Part shown: one piece after another, positions 8,939-18,127 of the stretch | Layout of the letters: the number at the start of each line of letters is the position of its first letter | Position numbering within the stretch: the first letter of the stretch is position 1 | IMG/VR virus record: IMGVR_UViG_3300023178_000006 | Length of the DNA stretch: 64,000 nucleotides | From: a virus | Lineage: Duplodnaviria; Caudoviricetes | Direction: 5' to 3' (one strand) | Made by a program: the position numbers and the translations under genes | Notes under the pieces: generated by a model | The model's database searches: none | The model's input: the letters and a program-made list of their open reading frames with translations, nothing else | Told to the model about the DNA's origin: nothing

Positions 8939-9668
8939 TATCTTTCCTCGTGATGTATAACAACCAATAAGAATGACTTGGTCTAGCATTCTTGAGTAGA
9001 TGGTCTTGCCACATGAACAATCCATCAACCTCTCCAAACTGACTTCGTGTACGTACCTCGTGACGAGGTGAATCAACGAAGTGATTCAAAAAGTTATCTC
9101 TAAAATGAAAGAAGTCCTTTAAACCACCAGGTGTTGCTTGAGTATGAACTTCAACCACCATGTGCTTAACATTGTTGAGCATATAATCAAGGTTCTCTTC
9201 TGTAAATACATCGTATTCAGCACCTTCAATATCTGCTTTAAGGTAGTCAATATAATCTATATCATACCTTTCAACGAGTTGTTTAAAAGAAATCTTATCG
9301 ATATCTTCATTAGTTGTTTCATCATGAATAGTTTTGTATACACCATCAGCAGAACCAATAATTGCATTAATAGGAAATACAATAGGGTCTGGTTCGTTCA
9401 TCATAAACTCAGATACATTATCAATAGCGCATTTGAGTAGGTGTCTGTTACCTTCAACCATGTAAACTTTAGATGCACCACCATCACATGCTAGTGCTGA
9501 GAACATACCAACACAAGCACCAAGGTCAACTACTACATCACCAGGTTGTACTTTATACCACCATTCATATTCTTTTTCTTGAAAGAATTCAGTATAAAAA
9601 ACTGATATCATCTCAGATACCAGTCCGCCCATATTCATAACTTGATTGAGCGCCTTTTTTCTAATCAT
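8925..9668 (-). CDS. FkbM-family SAM-dependent methyltransferase
   Basis: GDVVVDLGACVGMFS and IDYLKADIEGAEY. Confidence 0.85.
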   Translation of the reverse strand: MIRKKALNQVMNMGGLVSEMISVFYTEFFQEKEYEWWYKVQPGDVVVDLGACVGMFSALACDGGASKVYMVEGNRHLLKCAIDNVSEFMMNEPDPIVFPINAIIGSADGVYKTIHDETTNEDIDKISFKQLVERYDIDYIDYLKADIEGAEYDVFTEENLDYMLNNVKHMVVEVHTQATPGGLKDFFHFRDNFLNHFVDSPRHEVRTRSQFGEVDGLFMWQDHLLKNARPSHSYWLLYITRKDNEEE

Positions 9669-9671
9669 AAC

Positions 9672-9854
9672 CTAAAGCTCGTTATATTTTACGATTTCCT
9701 GGTCGTCACCAAACCCTTTAGTTTTTAGATAACCATCAGCAATAAGCGAATCAATCACTAATGTGACCATACGCTTTCGGTTTGCTTGTAAACCCCAAAT
9801 ATATCCAATAACAGTAAATACAATCGCTGTAAACCAGAATTGTTCCATTGACAT
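9672..9854 (-). CDS. Small membrane protein
   Basis: N-terminal hydrophobic helix; tight operon spacing. Confidence 0.65.
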   Translation of the reverse strand: MSMEQFWFTAIVFTVIGYIWGLQANRKRMVTLVIDSLIADGYLKTKGFGDDQEIVKYNEL

Positions 9855-9857
9855 ACT

Positions 9858-10097
9858 TTAATCTCCGTGTCGTTGCAAAACTTTTTCGATAATGCGTTGA
9901 GTAGCATCGAGTTTTTCGAATTCTTTATCTTCTTTATCTTCATTAACAGCAATGAATCCTTCTTGAATTGCCATTTCATAAAGCGCATCTCTATTCTCTA
10001 CAAACAAAGTTTCAACAACTTTACGTAAGAATAAATCCTTACTTATTTTGCCTTCGTTTACTTCGGACAATAATTCTTCGACCAAATTATCGAGCAT
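9858..10097 (-). CDS. Hypothetical protein
   Basis: 79 aa, GGAG ribosome-binding site, operon packing. Confidence 0.7.
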   Translation of the reverse strand: MLDNLVEELLSEVNEGKISKDLFLRKVVETLFVENRDALYEMAIQEGFIAVNEDKEDKEFEKLDATQRIIEKVLQRHGD

Positions 10098-10136
10098 AGG
10101 TTTCTCCTTGATTTAGTTATAGTATAATTATAAAAG

Positions 10137-10703
10137 TTACGCACTCGCACCTTGATAACCTTGCCACCAATCAGGAGCTGGTCTACGCCATTCCCATTTA
10201 GCAAAAGGTTTGGATGCATGATAGTAATTCCTATAAGCTTCCACAGCATTTCCCTCAACTTTACATTCAGGAAAATGATTCATCGCCTGAGCGAATTCTG
10301 TTAGTCCTATGTCTGGTATATTCTTTGGTGGTTTAGATAATAGTACACCAAGTTTTAACCAGGTTGCGTGAGCTTTCCCACGTCGATATTCAAATTCGTT
10401 GGCCAACCCACGAAAATGTTCGTAGTGCCATTCATAGTTTGTCTTACTTTCTTTTGTCCAAGTTGTGCATGGGTGAAATTTATGTACAGCCAAATAGTAC
10501 ATGTCATCACGCTCATCACCGAATGAATAATATTGTTGTATTGTTTTACCAGACTTAGAAGGTCGTCTTTCAGGTGTACCATCAAGGAGTCGGTGAACCG
10601 TTGACAACATTTGAGCAGACTCAATAATCATTTTAGGAACGTGTCTGTCACAACACATTTGAGCTGCTGTTATAGGATTCTCATCTAGTACAAATATATT
10701 CAT
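10137..10703 (-). CDS. Pyrimidine-dimer DNA glycosylase (DenV-related) family protein
   Basis: MNIFVLD...CDRHVPKMIIESAQMLST, HPCTTW and AVEAYRNYY motifs. Confidence 0.75.
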   Translation of the reverse strand: MNIFVLDENPITAAQMCCDRHVPKMIIESAQMLSTVHRLLDGTPERRPSKSGKTIQQYYSFGDERDDMYYLAVHKFHPCTTWTKESKTNYEWHYEHFRGLANEFEYRRGKAHATWLKLGVLLSKPPKNIPDIGLTEFAQAMNHFPECKVEGNAVEAYRNYYHASKPFAKWEWRRPAPDWWQGYQGASA

Positions 10704-10918
10704 TCTTCAATATTGGCTAAGTGTTCATGCAATTCGTTAAGTTCAATAGAGAGCTTACGAATCTTTTCTTTATCTTGGTAGTATGCTTGTCCATCAGCAT
10801 ACGGTAAAAACTCATTTAGAGTTTCAATTTTATTTTGTCGCCAAGCAATTGCTTCTTCGATAGATTTTTTCGATACAATTTCATCGGCATCTACAACTGG
10901 TGCTAAAACGCGGTGCAT
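10700..10918 (-). CDS. Hypothetical protein
   Basis: GGAG ribosome-binding site; stop overlaps the next start. Confidence 0.7.
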   Translation of the reverse strand: MHRVLAPVVDADEIVSKKSIEEAIAWRQNKIETLNEFLPYADGQAYYQDKEKIRKLSIELNELHEHLANIEE

Positions 10919-10929
10919 TTGATTTCTCC

Positions 10930-11442
10930 TTATGCAGCTTCACAAAAATATTGTTTCAATTCGTCAGAAGATAGAATAAGTCCATCTTTCATAGTGAAAG
11001 AAGAAGAATAGAACTTCCTCTCGTTGTTTGGTAGCATAGTCCAAGTTTCAAATTTAGACTTAATCTCAGACCTCATATAACCAAACTCTTCGTTTGGAGT
11101 TTTCTTAGTGGCAATAAGACCATACTCAGCTGGAGTTATCATGATGGGAGTTTCCCAACCCTCGAAGTGGTCTTCCATTTTGAAGTCACACTCATCGAAC
11201 AACTCCATAGAAAGGATATACTCCTTCGAAGCATCGTTAGAATAACACACGTGGTCTTCCAGCATTTGCCAGAAATCTTTTGATTGCGCCTGTTCTAGGT
11301 TACAATCAACCACATACCCAGTACCACCCTTGTACTTCCAGTAGGCATCATCACCTGTACCAAGGTTGCCCTCAGCATCCCAAGCGTAGTTTTCCATGTA
11401 TTGTGTTTGAATAACGATTTTCATAATATTTCCTTTTCCCAT
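10930..11442 (-). CDS. Hypothetical early protein
   Basis: MKIVIQTQYMENY...YWKYKGG; directly downstream of a sigma70 promoter. Confidence 0.75.
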   Translation of the reverse strand: MGKGNIMKIVIQTQYMENYAWDAEGNLGTGDDAYWKYKGGTGYVVDCNLEQAQSKDFWQMLEDHVCYSNDASKEYILSMELFDECDFKMEDHFEGWETPIMITPAEYGLIATKKTPNEEFGYMRSEIKSKFETWTMLPNNERKFYSSSFTMKDGLILSSDELKQYFCEAA

Positions 11443-11453
11443 TTACGTTGACC

Positions 11454-11482
11454 ATTATACCACAGGTAATTGTAATTGTCAA
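11454..11482 (-). promoter_or_regulatory. Sigma70-type early promoter
   Basis: TTGACA-N17-TATAAT with TGG extension. Confidence 0.85.
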
Positions 11483-11511
11483 CTATTTTTTTAAACTTTT
11501 TTGTTATAAGG

Positions 11512-11829
11512 TTATTCCCAAACAAAGTTTTCCCAAGGTTCATAACAACCAGCAACTCCAATTGCTGAATTATCACAACCTCTGTTATCATCAAAAATCT
11601 CTAACTTGATTTTGTCAAACATATCTTTTGTCAGTTTGACCATGTTGACATTTTCCATAAAGATACATGATTCATAATCAATAGACATAGGCTTTACGTC
11701 GATATGATTTTCGCCAAACTCTTTAATCATTCCAACATATCTCTTACCATTCAGTAAAAACTGACACTGTTCGAAAGTATCACCAAATGTTTCTTCACCA
11801 AGTTTGGTCCATTTTTCAAATAATTTCAT
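11512..11829 (-). CDS. Hypothetical protein
   Basis: 105 aa ORF coupled to the upstream gene. Confidence 0.7.
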   Translation of the reverse strand: MKLFEKWTKLGEETFGDTFEQCQFLLNGKRYVGMIKEFGENHIDVKPMSIDYESCIFMENVNMVKLTKDMFDKIKLEIFDDNRGCDNSAIGVAGCYEPWENFVWE

Positions 11830-12128
11830 TAAGCAACCTCTCTATAACCAGCAGCTTTACCATAAAAGCCAAGTTTTTCTAATTTTAAAACAATTTCGTT
11901 AAAAGCCGCACCTTCAGAATCTTGCGGATAGATACCCACTGTCATTGGGTCATCAATGAATAATTGACATTGTTCCCAAGTTGGGTTTTGATTGATATAA
12001 TCGTTGATGATTTTCTTTCCTTTTTCAAAAAGATTCTCATCTCTAGTTCTGACCTCAAAGTCAGTGATTTCATAACCGTCCATAGTCAAAGATGGTTCCG
12101 GTTGGTTTCCTAATATTCTTATTTCCAT
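11829..12128 (-). CDS. Hypothetical early protein
   Basis: AAGGAG ribosome-binding site, directly downstream of a promoter. Confidence 0.75.
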   Translation of the reverse strand: MEIRILGNQPEPSLTMDGYEITDFEVRTRDENLFEKGKKIINDYINQNPTWEQCQLFIDDPMTVGIYPQDSEGAAFNEIVLKLEKLGFYGKAAGYREVA

Positions 12129-12158
12129 TTTTACTCCTTTTCCTTAATTTATATGTAT

Positions 12159-12218
12159 ATTATACCAAATCAAAGTGAATTTGTCAACTGTTTTTGTGAA
12201 AAAAGTGCAACTTTTTTT
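12159..12218 (-). promoter_or_regulatory. Sigma70-type promoter with inverted repeat in flipped orientation
   Basis: TTGACA-N17-TATAAT at 12187-12159; AAAAAAGTGCAACTTTTTTT at 12199-12218. Confidence 0.88.
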
Positions 12219-12345
12219 CAATTCCTTCATAGAAGCCTTTTAAAAAATGGAAGGTATTCTATATGGCTTGAGAATTATGTTCTATCTTGATGGTCTGAGG
12301 GCTTCGTATGATGCTATTATATTATCACTATGGTTCTTTAGTTAT

Positions 12346-12353
12346 TATAAATA
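12346..12353 (+). promoter_or_regulatory. T4-type late promoter upstream of the curli/cyclase island
   Basis: Exact TATAAATA 46 nt before ORF 12399. Confidence 0.65.
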
Positions 12354-12398
12354 GAACATGTATAACCCAGTAGGGCTAATACAAATAACAGGGATTAT

Positions 12399-12695
12399 AT
12401 GGAATCAGTACTACAATTAATATCCGAGCTAGGTTTACCTATTGCTGGTGCATTAATTATGGGATTCTTCATCTTCATTATTATTAAACAAATTTTTGAA
12501 GGAATCATTGATAGCATTAATACTTTAAATATGTTCTGTGAAAGCCTAGAGAATAGAGCGAGAACTATGTCTAATGAGGTAGTTAAAATCGATTTGCTCG
12601 TGTCTAGCGCACTTGGATTAAATCCCGACATCGAGCGTATAGCTCGGGCAGAAAATTTTATTGAAGACGGAAAACTCGACGTAAGGAGAGACTAA
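12399..12695 (+). CDS. Small membrane protein (N-terminal TM helix plus coiled coil)
   Basis: LISELGLPIAGALIMGFFIFIII; resembles ORF 12897. Confidence 0.8.
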   Translation: MESVLQLISELGLPIAGALIMGFFIFIIIKQIFEGIIDSINTLNMFCESLENRARTMSNEVVKIDLLVSSALGLNPDIERIARAENFIEDGKLDVRRD

Positions 12696-12910
12696 TGCTA
12701 TTTTGTGGTTATCACTTCAGTTTAAGTGCTGGAGGGGATTTACTGATTTTTGACGAAGGTGACGGAGAGTTAACCTTAGAAAAGTTTGAGTGGAAACCTG
12801 GTGATGAATTCATCGCTTCTCAAACTGAAAATGGTGCTGTAACACTTAGAAGAAAAGCAGACAGAATATATAATCCAAAACAACTGGATTTATTCGATGG
12901 AAGAATTTGA
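12695..12910 (+). CDS. Small hypothetical protein, possibly AbrB/MazE-like
   Basis: LEKFEWKPGDEF...GAVTLRR pattern resembles swapped-hairpin proteins. Confidence 0.45.
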   Translation: MLFCGYHFSLSAGGDLLIFDEGDGELTLEKFEWKPGDEFIASQTENGAVTLRRKADRIYNPKQLDLFDGRI

Positions 12911-13181
12911 TATTATAACACTCGTTAGTGAGTACGGGTTTCCTACAATTATGGTGATTGGGTTAGGATATTTCGTGTACTTTGTTTATAACTTTATACA
13001 AGAGAATATTTTACCAACAATCGATAAAATGCATTTTCAATTAATCAAAGTGATTGATAGAATGAGAATGCTAGACCAGGATTTAATTAGACTGCAAGAG
13101 AAGGTAGACGTAGTTTTAAAATATAAAGAAAATGAGAAACTGAGAGAGGCAGGTGAAAAACATGATAAAAAAGATAATTGA
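12897..13181 (+). CDS. Small membrane protein (N-terminal TM helix plus coiled coil)
   Basis: LVSEYGFPTIMVIGLGYFVYFVY; resembles ORF 12399. Confidence 0.8.
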   Translation: MEEFDIITLVSEYGFPTIMVIGLGYFVYFVYNFIQENILPTIDKMHFQLIKVIDRMRMLDQDLIRLQEKVDVVLKYKENEKLREAGEKHDKKDN

Positions 13182-13668
13182 TGTAATTTTATTATCCGTT
13201 CTAACAATTGGTATTGCAAATGCTGAGCCTATTGTTCACAAATTCAAAAATCCTAGTTTCAGTGGTGTTGGAACAGGTGCTCATTATCTCACTATTGAGA
13301 ATCAAGAACATTCACGTAAGAAAGCAATCAAAGATGCATTAGATGCAGCCGAGAGAGCAGCACAACGAGAAATTGATAATTCAACATTATCAAAATTTAT
13401 ACGAAATTTAGAGAGTAGGATTTACGCTCAGTTAGCAAAACAATTAGTAGACAATATGTTTTCTAACGACGACCCTGTAAGATTTGGGTCCTTTGTTTTA
13501 GAAGGGTCAACAGTTACATATGAAGTTATTACAAACGCTGACGGAACAGAATTTATTAAAATGACAATTGTAGATGAAGATGGTACTACAACTGTTATTG
13601 AAATACCAATTGGTTCAGGTAACTTTGGAAGTGATGGAGATACTGGTGGGGATGGTGACGGTGGCTAA
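13162..13668 (+). CDS. csgF: Curli assembly protein CsgF homologue
   Basis: Signal peptide followed by EPIVHKFKNPSFSG (CsgF-type FxNPxFGG motif) and FIRNLESRIYAQLAKQL; adjacent to csgG. Confidence 0.85.
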   Translation: MIKKIIDVILLSVLTIGIANAEPIVHKFKNPSFSGVGTGAHYLTIENQEHSRKKAIKDALDAAERAAQREIDNSTLSKFIRNLESRIYAQLAKQLVDNMFSNDDPVRFGSFVLEGSTVTYEVITNADGTEFIKMTIVDEDGTTTVIEIPIGSGNFGSDGDTGGDGDGG

Positions 13669-14629
13669 ACTTTTATCCGCTGTATTTTTATCACTATTAT
13701 TAGCAAGTTGTGCACAGATGCCACAATGGTCTGAAGGACCAGCATATTGTGAGTATGGTGAAGGAAGATATGCACAAGGATTTAATACCGATTTTGATAA
13801 TGATGGTATTATAAATGATGATGCTTTAAGTGTTGGAAAACAACTATATACTGGTACTCGTAAGTATATTGAAACAAAACAAATATGTGTTGAGGCACCA
13901 CAAGTTGTAAGGTTACCATCATATATTGATTTGCTTAATTTACCACCTGCTAAAAATAAGCCTGTGGTTGCTGTATATCAATTCCAAGATAAAACAGGAC
14001 AACGTAAAGATTCAGTTACAGGGCAAAGTTTCTCCACTGCGGTAACACAAGGTGGAACAGAATTATTAATTGACGCACTCAAAACCGCAGGTGATGGTAC
14101 ATGGTTTAGAGTAGTAGAAAGACAAGGTATTGATGCTTTAGTAAGAGAACGACAAATTATTCGTTCGGGCAGAGATGAAGCTGCAAAAGCATTAGATGTT
14201 GAACCACAAAAATTAGGACCACTTTTATTTGCAGGTATGATAATCGAAGGTGGTATTATTGGATATGATAGTAATATACAAACTGGTGGACGAGGAGCAA
14301 GAACTCTTGGGATTGGATTTAGTAAATCATACAGACAAGACCAAGTCACTGTTTCTTTAAGAGCAGTATCTGTTCTCACTGGTGAAGTACTATTAAATGT
14401 TCAAACTAAAAAGACAATTTTAAGTTATGGTTCCGGAGGAGATGTATTTAGATTCATAGAGCAAGGAACGCAATTGATAGAATATGAAGACGGTGTAGGA
14501 AATAATGAAAGTGTGACATACGCAGTACGAACAGCAATTGAAGCTGCCGTATTGGAAATGGTTTATCAAGGTAATCGTCGTGGATACTGGGAGATAGACT
14601 GGAATAAAAATGAAGAGGAAAAAGAATGA
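13652..14629 (+). CDS. csgG: Curli secretion channel CsgG homologue (outer-membrane lipoprotein)
   Basis: Lipobox LAS-C; PVVAVYQFQDKTGQ, FSTAVTQGG, WFRVVER, ERQIIRS and EGGIIGYDSN. Confidence 0.93.
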   Translation: MVTVAKLLSAVFLSLLLASCAQMPQWSEGPAYCEYGEGRYAQGFNTDFDNDGIINDDALSVGKQLYTGTRKYIETKQICVEAPQVVRLPSYIDLLNLPPAKNKPVVAVYQFQDKTGQRKDSVTGQSFSTAVTQGGTELLIDALKTAGDGTWFRVVERQGIDALVRERQIIRSGRDEAAKALDVEPQKLGPLLFAGMIIEGGIIGYDSNIQTGGRGARTLGIGFSKSYRQDQVTVSLRAVSVLTGEVLLNVQTKKTILSYGSGGDVFRFIEQGTQLIEYEDGVGNNESVTYAVRTAIEAAVLEMVYQGNRRGYWEIDWNKNEEEKE

Positions 14630-15360
14630 ATAAAAAACTTTTAGGCCTAAGTTTAGCTTTTATTATGATTCCATTTTTAACATTTGCTCAAGCAACTGAT
14701 GATAACGAAATCAACATCGAACAGGATGGTGATACTCTTACTTTGTATATCGACCAATACGGTTACGGTAACAAAATTGGAGCTGATGATTTTAGTTCAT
14801 CTTCAAGTGCTATGGTTATAACTGGTTCATCTGTAAATATGAACATTGACCAAATTGGTAACTCAAACTTATTATTTGGTCCATTAATTGCAGATAGCTA
14901 TGTTCTGAATCTATTATTTACTGGTGACAGTAACTCTTGGGATTGGGATATCGGTTATGTTGGTTCTTCAGATAGTTCTACAATGGATGTAGATATTACT
15001 GGTGATTCTAACACTATGGATTTTGACCAAGGATACAATGCAAGTGCGGAAAGATTGGATTTTGATTTAACAGTTATTGGAGACAGTAACATTTTTGATG
15101 TTGACATTGACGTTGACGACGCAGTTTGGAATTTCGATATTACTGGTGGAAGCAACAATATCAATACATTACAAAAGGACGGAGCGGAGCATGAGATTAA
15201 CTTGACTCACGTAGGTTCTTCTGCTGATATTGATATTAACCAAATCAGTGGTACATGTCCTACAGGTGTTTCTACTTGTAATGGCATAATTACGTTGGAT
15301 GTCGATAGTGAAAATGCAACAATTCAGATTAATCAAAAAGATTCATCTAACGATTCTTAG
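14626..15360 (+). CDS. Curlin-repeat (CsgA/CsgB-like) secreted protein 1
   Basis: Signal peptide and recurring Q/T-x-G-x-x-N repeats (QYGYGN, QIGNSN, TGDSN twice, IGDSN, TGGSN); follows csgG. Confidence 0.7.
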   Translation: MNKKLLGLSLAFIMIPFLTFAQATDDNEINIEQDGDTLTLYIDQYGYGNKIGADDFSSSSSAMVITGSSVNMNIDQIGNSNLLFGPLIADSYVLNLLFTGDSNSWDWDIGYVGSSDSSTMDVDITGDSNTMDFDQGYNASAERLDFDLTVIGDSNIFDVDIDVDDAVWNFDITGGSNNINTLQKDGAEHEINLTHVGSSADIDINQISGTCPTGVSTCNGIITLDVDSENATIQINQKDSSNDS

Positions 15361-16468
15361 CGCATTTCTTTTATTACTACCATTGGGTCTGTCTGCAGCA
15401 GACTCAATCGGTAGTATAATTGAACACAAGGGAAGTGCTTCACTTACTCGTGAACAGGGTGAAGAGCTTGTCGTGAGTGGTTCATTTATACCAGAAGTTG
15501 AAATGAACGACACGGCCGAAACAGAAAACGGTCGAATGCTTATCGAATTCTTAGATAAAGCAGAACTCAGTCTTACAGAAAACACAAAAGTATACATTGA
15601 TAGAGTATACTACGACCCAGACCCAAGCAAATCAAAAATGGCAATGAGAATGGCAATGGGAACTGCAAGGTTCGCATCAGGTCGTTTGGGTATGGTCAAC
15701 AAAAATAATATAGACATACAAACACCCACAGCTACCATATCAGTTCGTGGAACAGATTTTACAACAACCATAGATGAATTAGGAAGGTCACTGGTGATAC
15801 TTTTACCAGACCAATATGGTAATCCATCTGGCACAATAGAAGTTTCAAATTTAGGTGGTACGATTGTCTTAGAAGAGGCTTACGCGGCCACTATGGTATC
15901 TACATTAGATAGTCCACCGACTCCTAAAGTACAAATAACTAATATAACACCAGCGATGATTGATAACATGTTTATCGTTTCTCCTCCACCTGAAGTGAAA
16001 GAAGCAATTGACGAAGAAATGCAAGATGACGCAAATGAAGACCAAGGATTACTTGACATCGACTTTTTAGAATTCAATGAATTAGAAAAAGATTATCTTG
16101 AAGATGACGCATTAGAATTTACTGAACTAGACATTGATTTTCTTGATGTTGATTTCTTAACAGACGTTTTAGATGTCGTTGAAGAATTAATTAAAACAAC
16201 TGCAGCACTTGATGATAGAGCTATCTCAGGTACATCTTTAGGAGCTCAACTTAAAGGTGCAGCATTTGGACTTAATGCTGATTCTCAATATAATATTTAC
16301 GAAGACAGTGGTAAGATTATATTTTATAGAAACGTAGAAGGTACGATACAACTCGCATTTGCGGTAGATGCTTCAGTTAAAATCGATACTGAAGTGGACG
16401 GATATTCTGGTATCATTGACTTGAACCAAGGTCAAGATTCTGTAATAGTAATTAAACAAGGTGGATAA
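15314..16468 (+). CDS. FecR-domain periplasmic protein
   Basis: Signal/TM segment; D.AETENGRMLIEFLD and IQTPTATISVRGTDF; acidic C-terminal region. Confidence 0.85.
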   Translation: MQQFRLIKKIHLTILSAFLLLLPLGLSAADSIGSIIEHKGSASLTREQGEELVVSGSFIPEVEMNDTAETENGRMLIEFLDKAELSLTENTKVYIDRVYYDPDPSKSKMAMRMAMGTARFASGRLGMVNKNNIDIQTPTATISVRGTDFTTTIDELGRSLVILLPDQYGNPSGTIEVSNLGGTIVLEEAYAATMVSTLDSPPTPKVQITNITPAMIDNMFIVSPPPEVKEAIDEEMQDDANEDQGLLDIDFLEFNELEKDYLEDDALEFTELDIDFLDVDFLTDVLDVVEELIKTTAALDDRAISGTSLGAQLKGAAFGLNADSQYNIYEDSGKIIFYRNVEGTIQLAFAVDASVKIDTEVDGYSGIIDLNQGQDSVIVIKQGG

Positions 16469-16476
16469 ATAATAAA

Positions 16477-16701
16477 ATGGAAAAAGAAATACTTAAAATA
16501 ATTGCAAATCGATGTGATTGCTCTTTAGAAGAAGTCACAAACGAAAAACATATCGTAGATGATTTAAACGCGGATTCATTAAGTGTAGTAGAAATCATTA
16601 TGGACTTAGAAGCCGAATTTAATATTCAAATTACTGATGAAGAAGCCGAAGAATTATTAACAGTAAAACAGATTAAAGAATATGTCGAGGTGAATACCTA
16701 A
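16477..16701 (+). CDS. acpP: Acyl carrier protein
   Basis: DDLNADSLSVVEIIMDLEAEFNIQITDEEAE with the phosphopantetheine Ser in DSL. Confidence 0.9.
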   Translation: MEKEILKIIANRCDCSLEEVTNEKHIVDDLNADSLSVVEIIMDLEAEFNIQITDEEAEELLTVKQIKEYVEVNT

Positions 16702-17075
16702 TGGCAAGTATACATTATCTCAAAAGAACAGCTGGTGAAGCGGTCGTAAAGATTTACGAAACAAGTAGCAGCGGCGATACAATAGAATTAGATATTGCTA
16801 ATTTAATTTCAGATGGTCAAACATTTGATGCTAATTCAGCTAACGTCACAATTAAAGAAATCTTTTGGGGTGTAAAACATAACCACTATATTGACGTATC
16901 TCGTAAAGAACGAGGTGGTTCTAATGTTCATGGTCATTATTATTTAGTCAATGCAGGTTCATATGATTACGATGGATTTGTAGATGATGTATATTCAGAA
17001 AGAAACATACAAGTATTACTTGATGGACCTGGTCATGTCATACTTAAATTAAATAAAACAGCTGGTTATAGTTGA
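16701..17075 (+). CDS. Hypothetical protein, possibly virion-associated
   Basis: 124 aa beta-rich ORF, coupled to acpP by TAATG overlap. Confidence 0.65.
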   Translation: MASIHYLKRTAGEAVVKIYETSSSGDTIELDIANLISDGQTFDANSANVTIKEIFWGVKHNHYIDVSRKERGGSNVHGHYYLVNAGSYDYDGFVDDVYSERNIQVLLDGPGHVILKLNKTAGYS

Positions 17076-17812
17076 TGGACGAATTTGATAGAAAATTAGA
17101 TAAATGGTTATTAGGTTTCAGTTGGTGCCTATTGGGAATGTATTTTCTTTTGGCAACTGGTAAAGCTTATGCAGATAATGTTATAACCATTGAACAAACT
17201 GGTGATAATTTAAATTTAGAGATTCAGCAATATGGTGCTGATAACGAAATTAAAATGTTAGACCAATATTCGTATATTAACGCGTCATCGTTAGATTTAT
17301 TAGTTGTTCAATATAATACTGCAGGTAATGATAACACAATAGTATTTGATGAAATCAGTGGAACAGGTAACGAATTTAAATTGGGTCAAGGTGTTGCTTT
17401 TGATAACACCACACAAGGTTGGAACTATGATGGTGCCGAAGGCGGTGGTCATTATATGGAAATAGATTTATATGGTAATGATAACTTTGTTGAATGGCAT
17501 CAAACAAATCAAAGTGATGCAACTGACGGACATGATTTTAACTTACATGTTGCTGGGTCTGATAATTGGATAGATGGAAGACAACAATCTTCAGGCGCAA
17601 AAGAAGCAAACATTACACTTTATAATTCAGACAACGTTTTAACATTTAGACAGAAAGGAGCTAACGCAACTCACTCAGCAAATATTACCTTAGATGGTAT
17701 TTACGGAACGACAGCAACTATTAGACAAAATAGCACAACCAATCAAACATACAATTTATCAGTGGATTGTTATACAGTTGGTGGTTGCTCAGTGAATGTG
17801 CTACAAGAATAA
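17072..17812 (+). CDS. Curlin-repeat secreted protein 2
   Basis: Mature N-terminus DNVITIEQTGDNLNLEIQQYG matches protein 1 (DNEINIEQDGDTLTLYIDQYG); G-x-x-N repeats; C-terminal Cys pair. Confidence 0.7.
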   Translation: MMDEFDRKLDKWLLGFSWCLLGMYFLLATGKAYADNVITIEQTGDNLNLEIQQYGADNEIKMLDQYSYINASSLDLLVVQYNTAGNDNTIVFDEISGTGNEFKLGQGVAFDNTTQGWNYDGAEGGGHYMEIDLYGNDNFVEWHQTNQSDATDGHDFNLHVAGSDNWIDGRQQSSGAKEANITLYNSDNVLTFRQKGANATHSANITLDGIYGTTATIRQNSTTNQTYNLSVDCYTVGGCSVNVLQE

Positions 17813-18126
17813 TGCAAGAGTTAGATGATTTTGGAAATCCAGTAGGAACATTATATCCGGGTGATGAAGGTTGCCCTCAAGATATGATTTGTTTAACCGA
17901 AGAAGGATTTAACCAAATGCTTTCTGAAGCTGATATGTATTATAATACAGAAACATTCCAAGTTGAGCCGATGGGCGATGCTGAAGCAATTATAGATTTC
18001 ACAACGGATTTATTGTTCTTGGATATTTGGACTATTTTAAATATGGCAGTACCATTAACAATTTTCGCAGTATATGGTTTAACATTATATGCAGCAGTAA
18101 AGTATATCCAAAAGAAGTTTAGTTAA
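17812..18126 (+). CDS. Membrane protein
   Basis: Start by TAATG overlap at 17812; C-terminal TM helix. Confidence 0.65.
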   Translation: MQELDDFGNPVGTLYPGDEGCPQDMICLTEEGFNQMLSEADMYYNTETFQVEPMGDAEAIIDFTTDLLFLDIWTILNMAVPLTIFAVYGLTLYAAVKYIQKKFS

Positions 18127-18127
18127 A

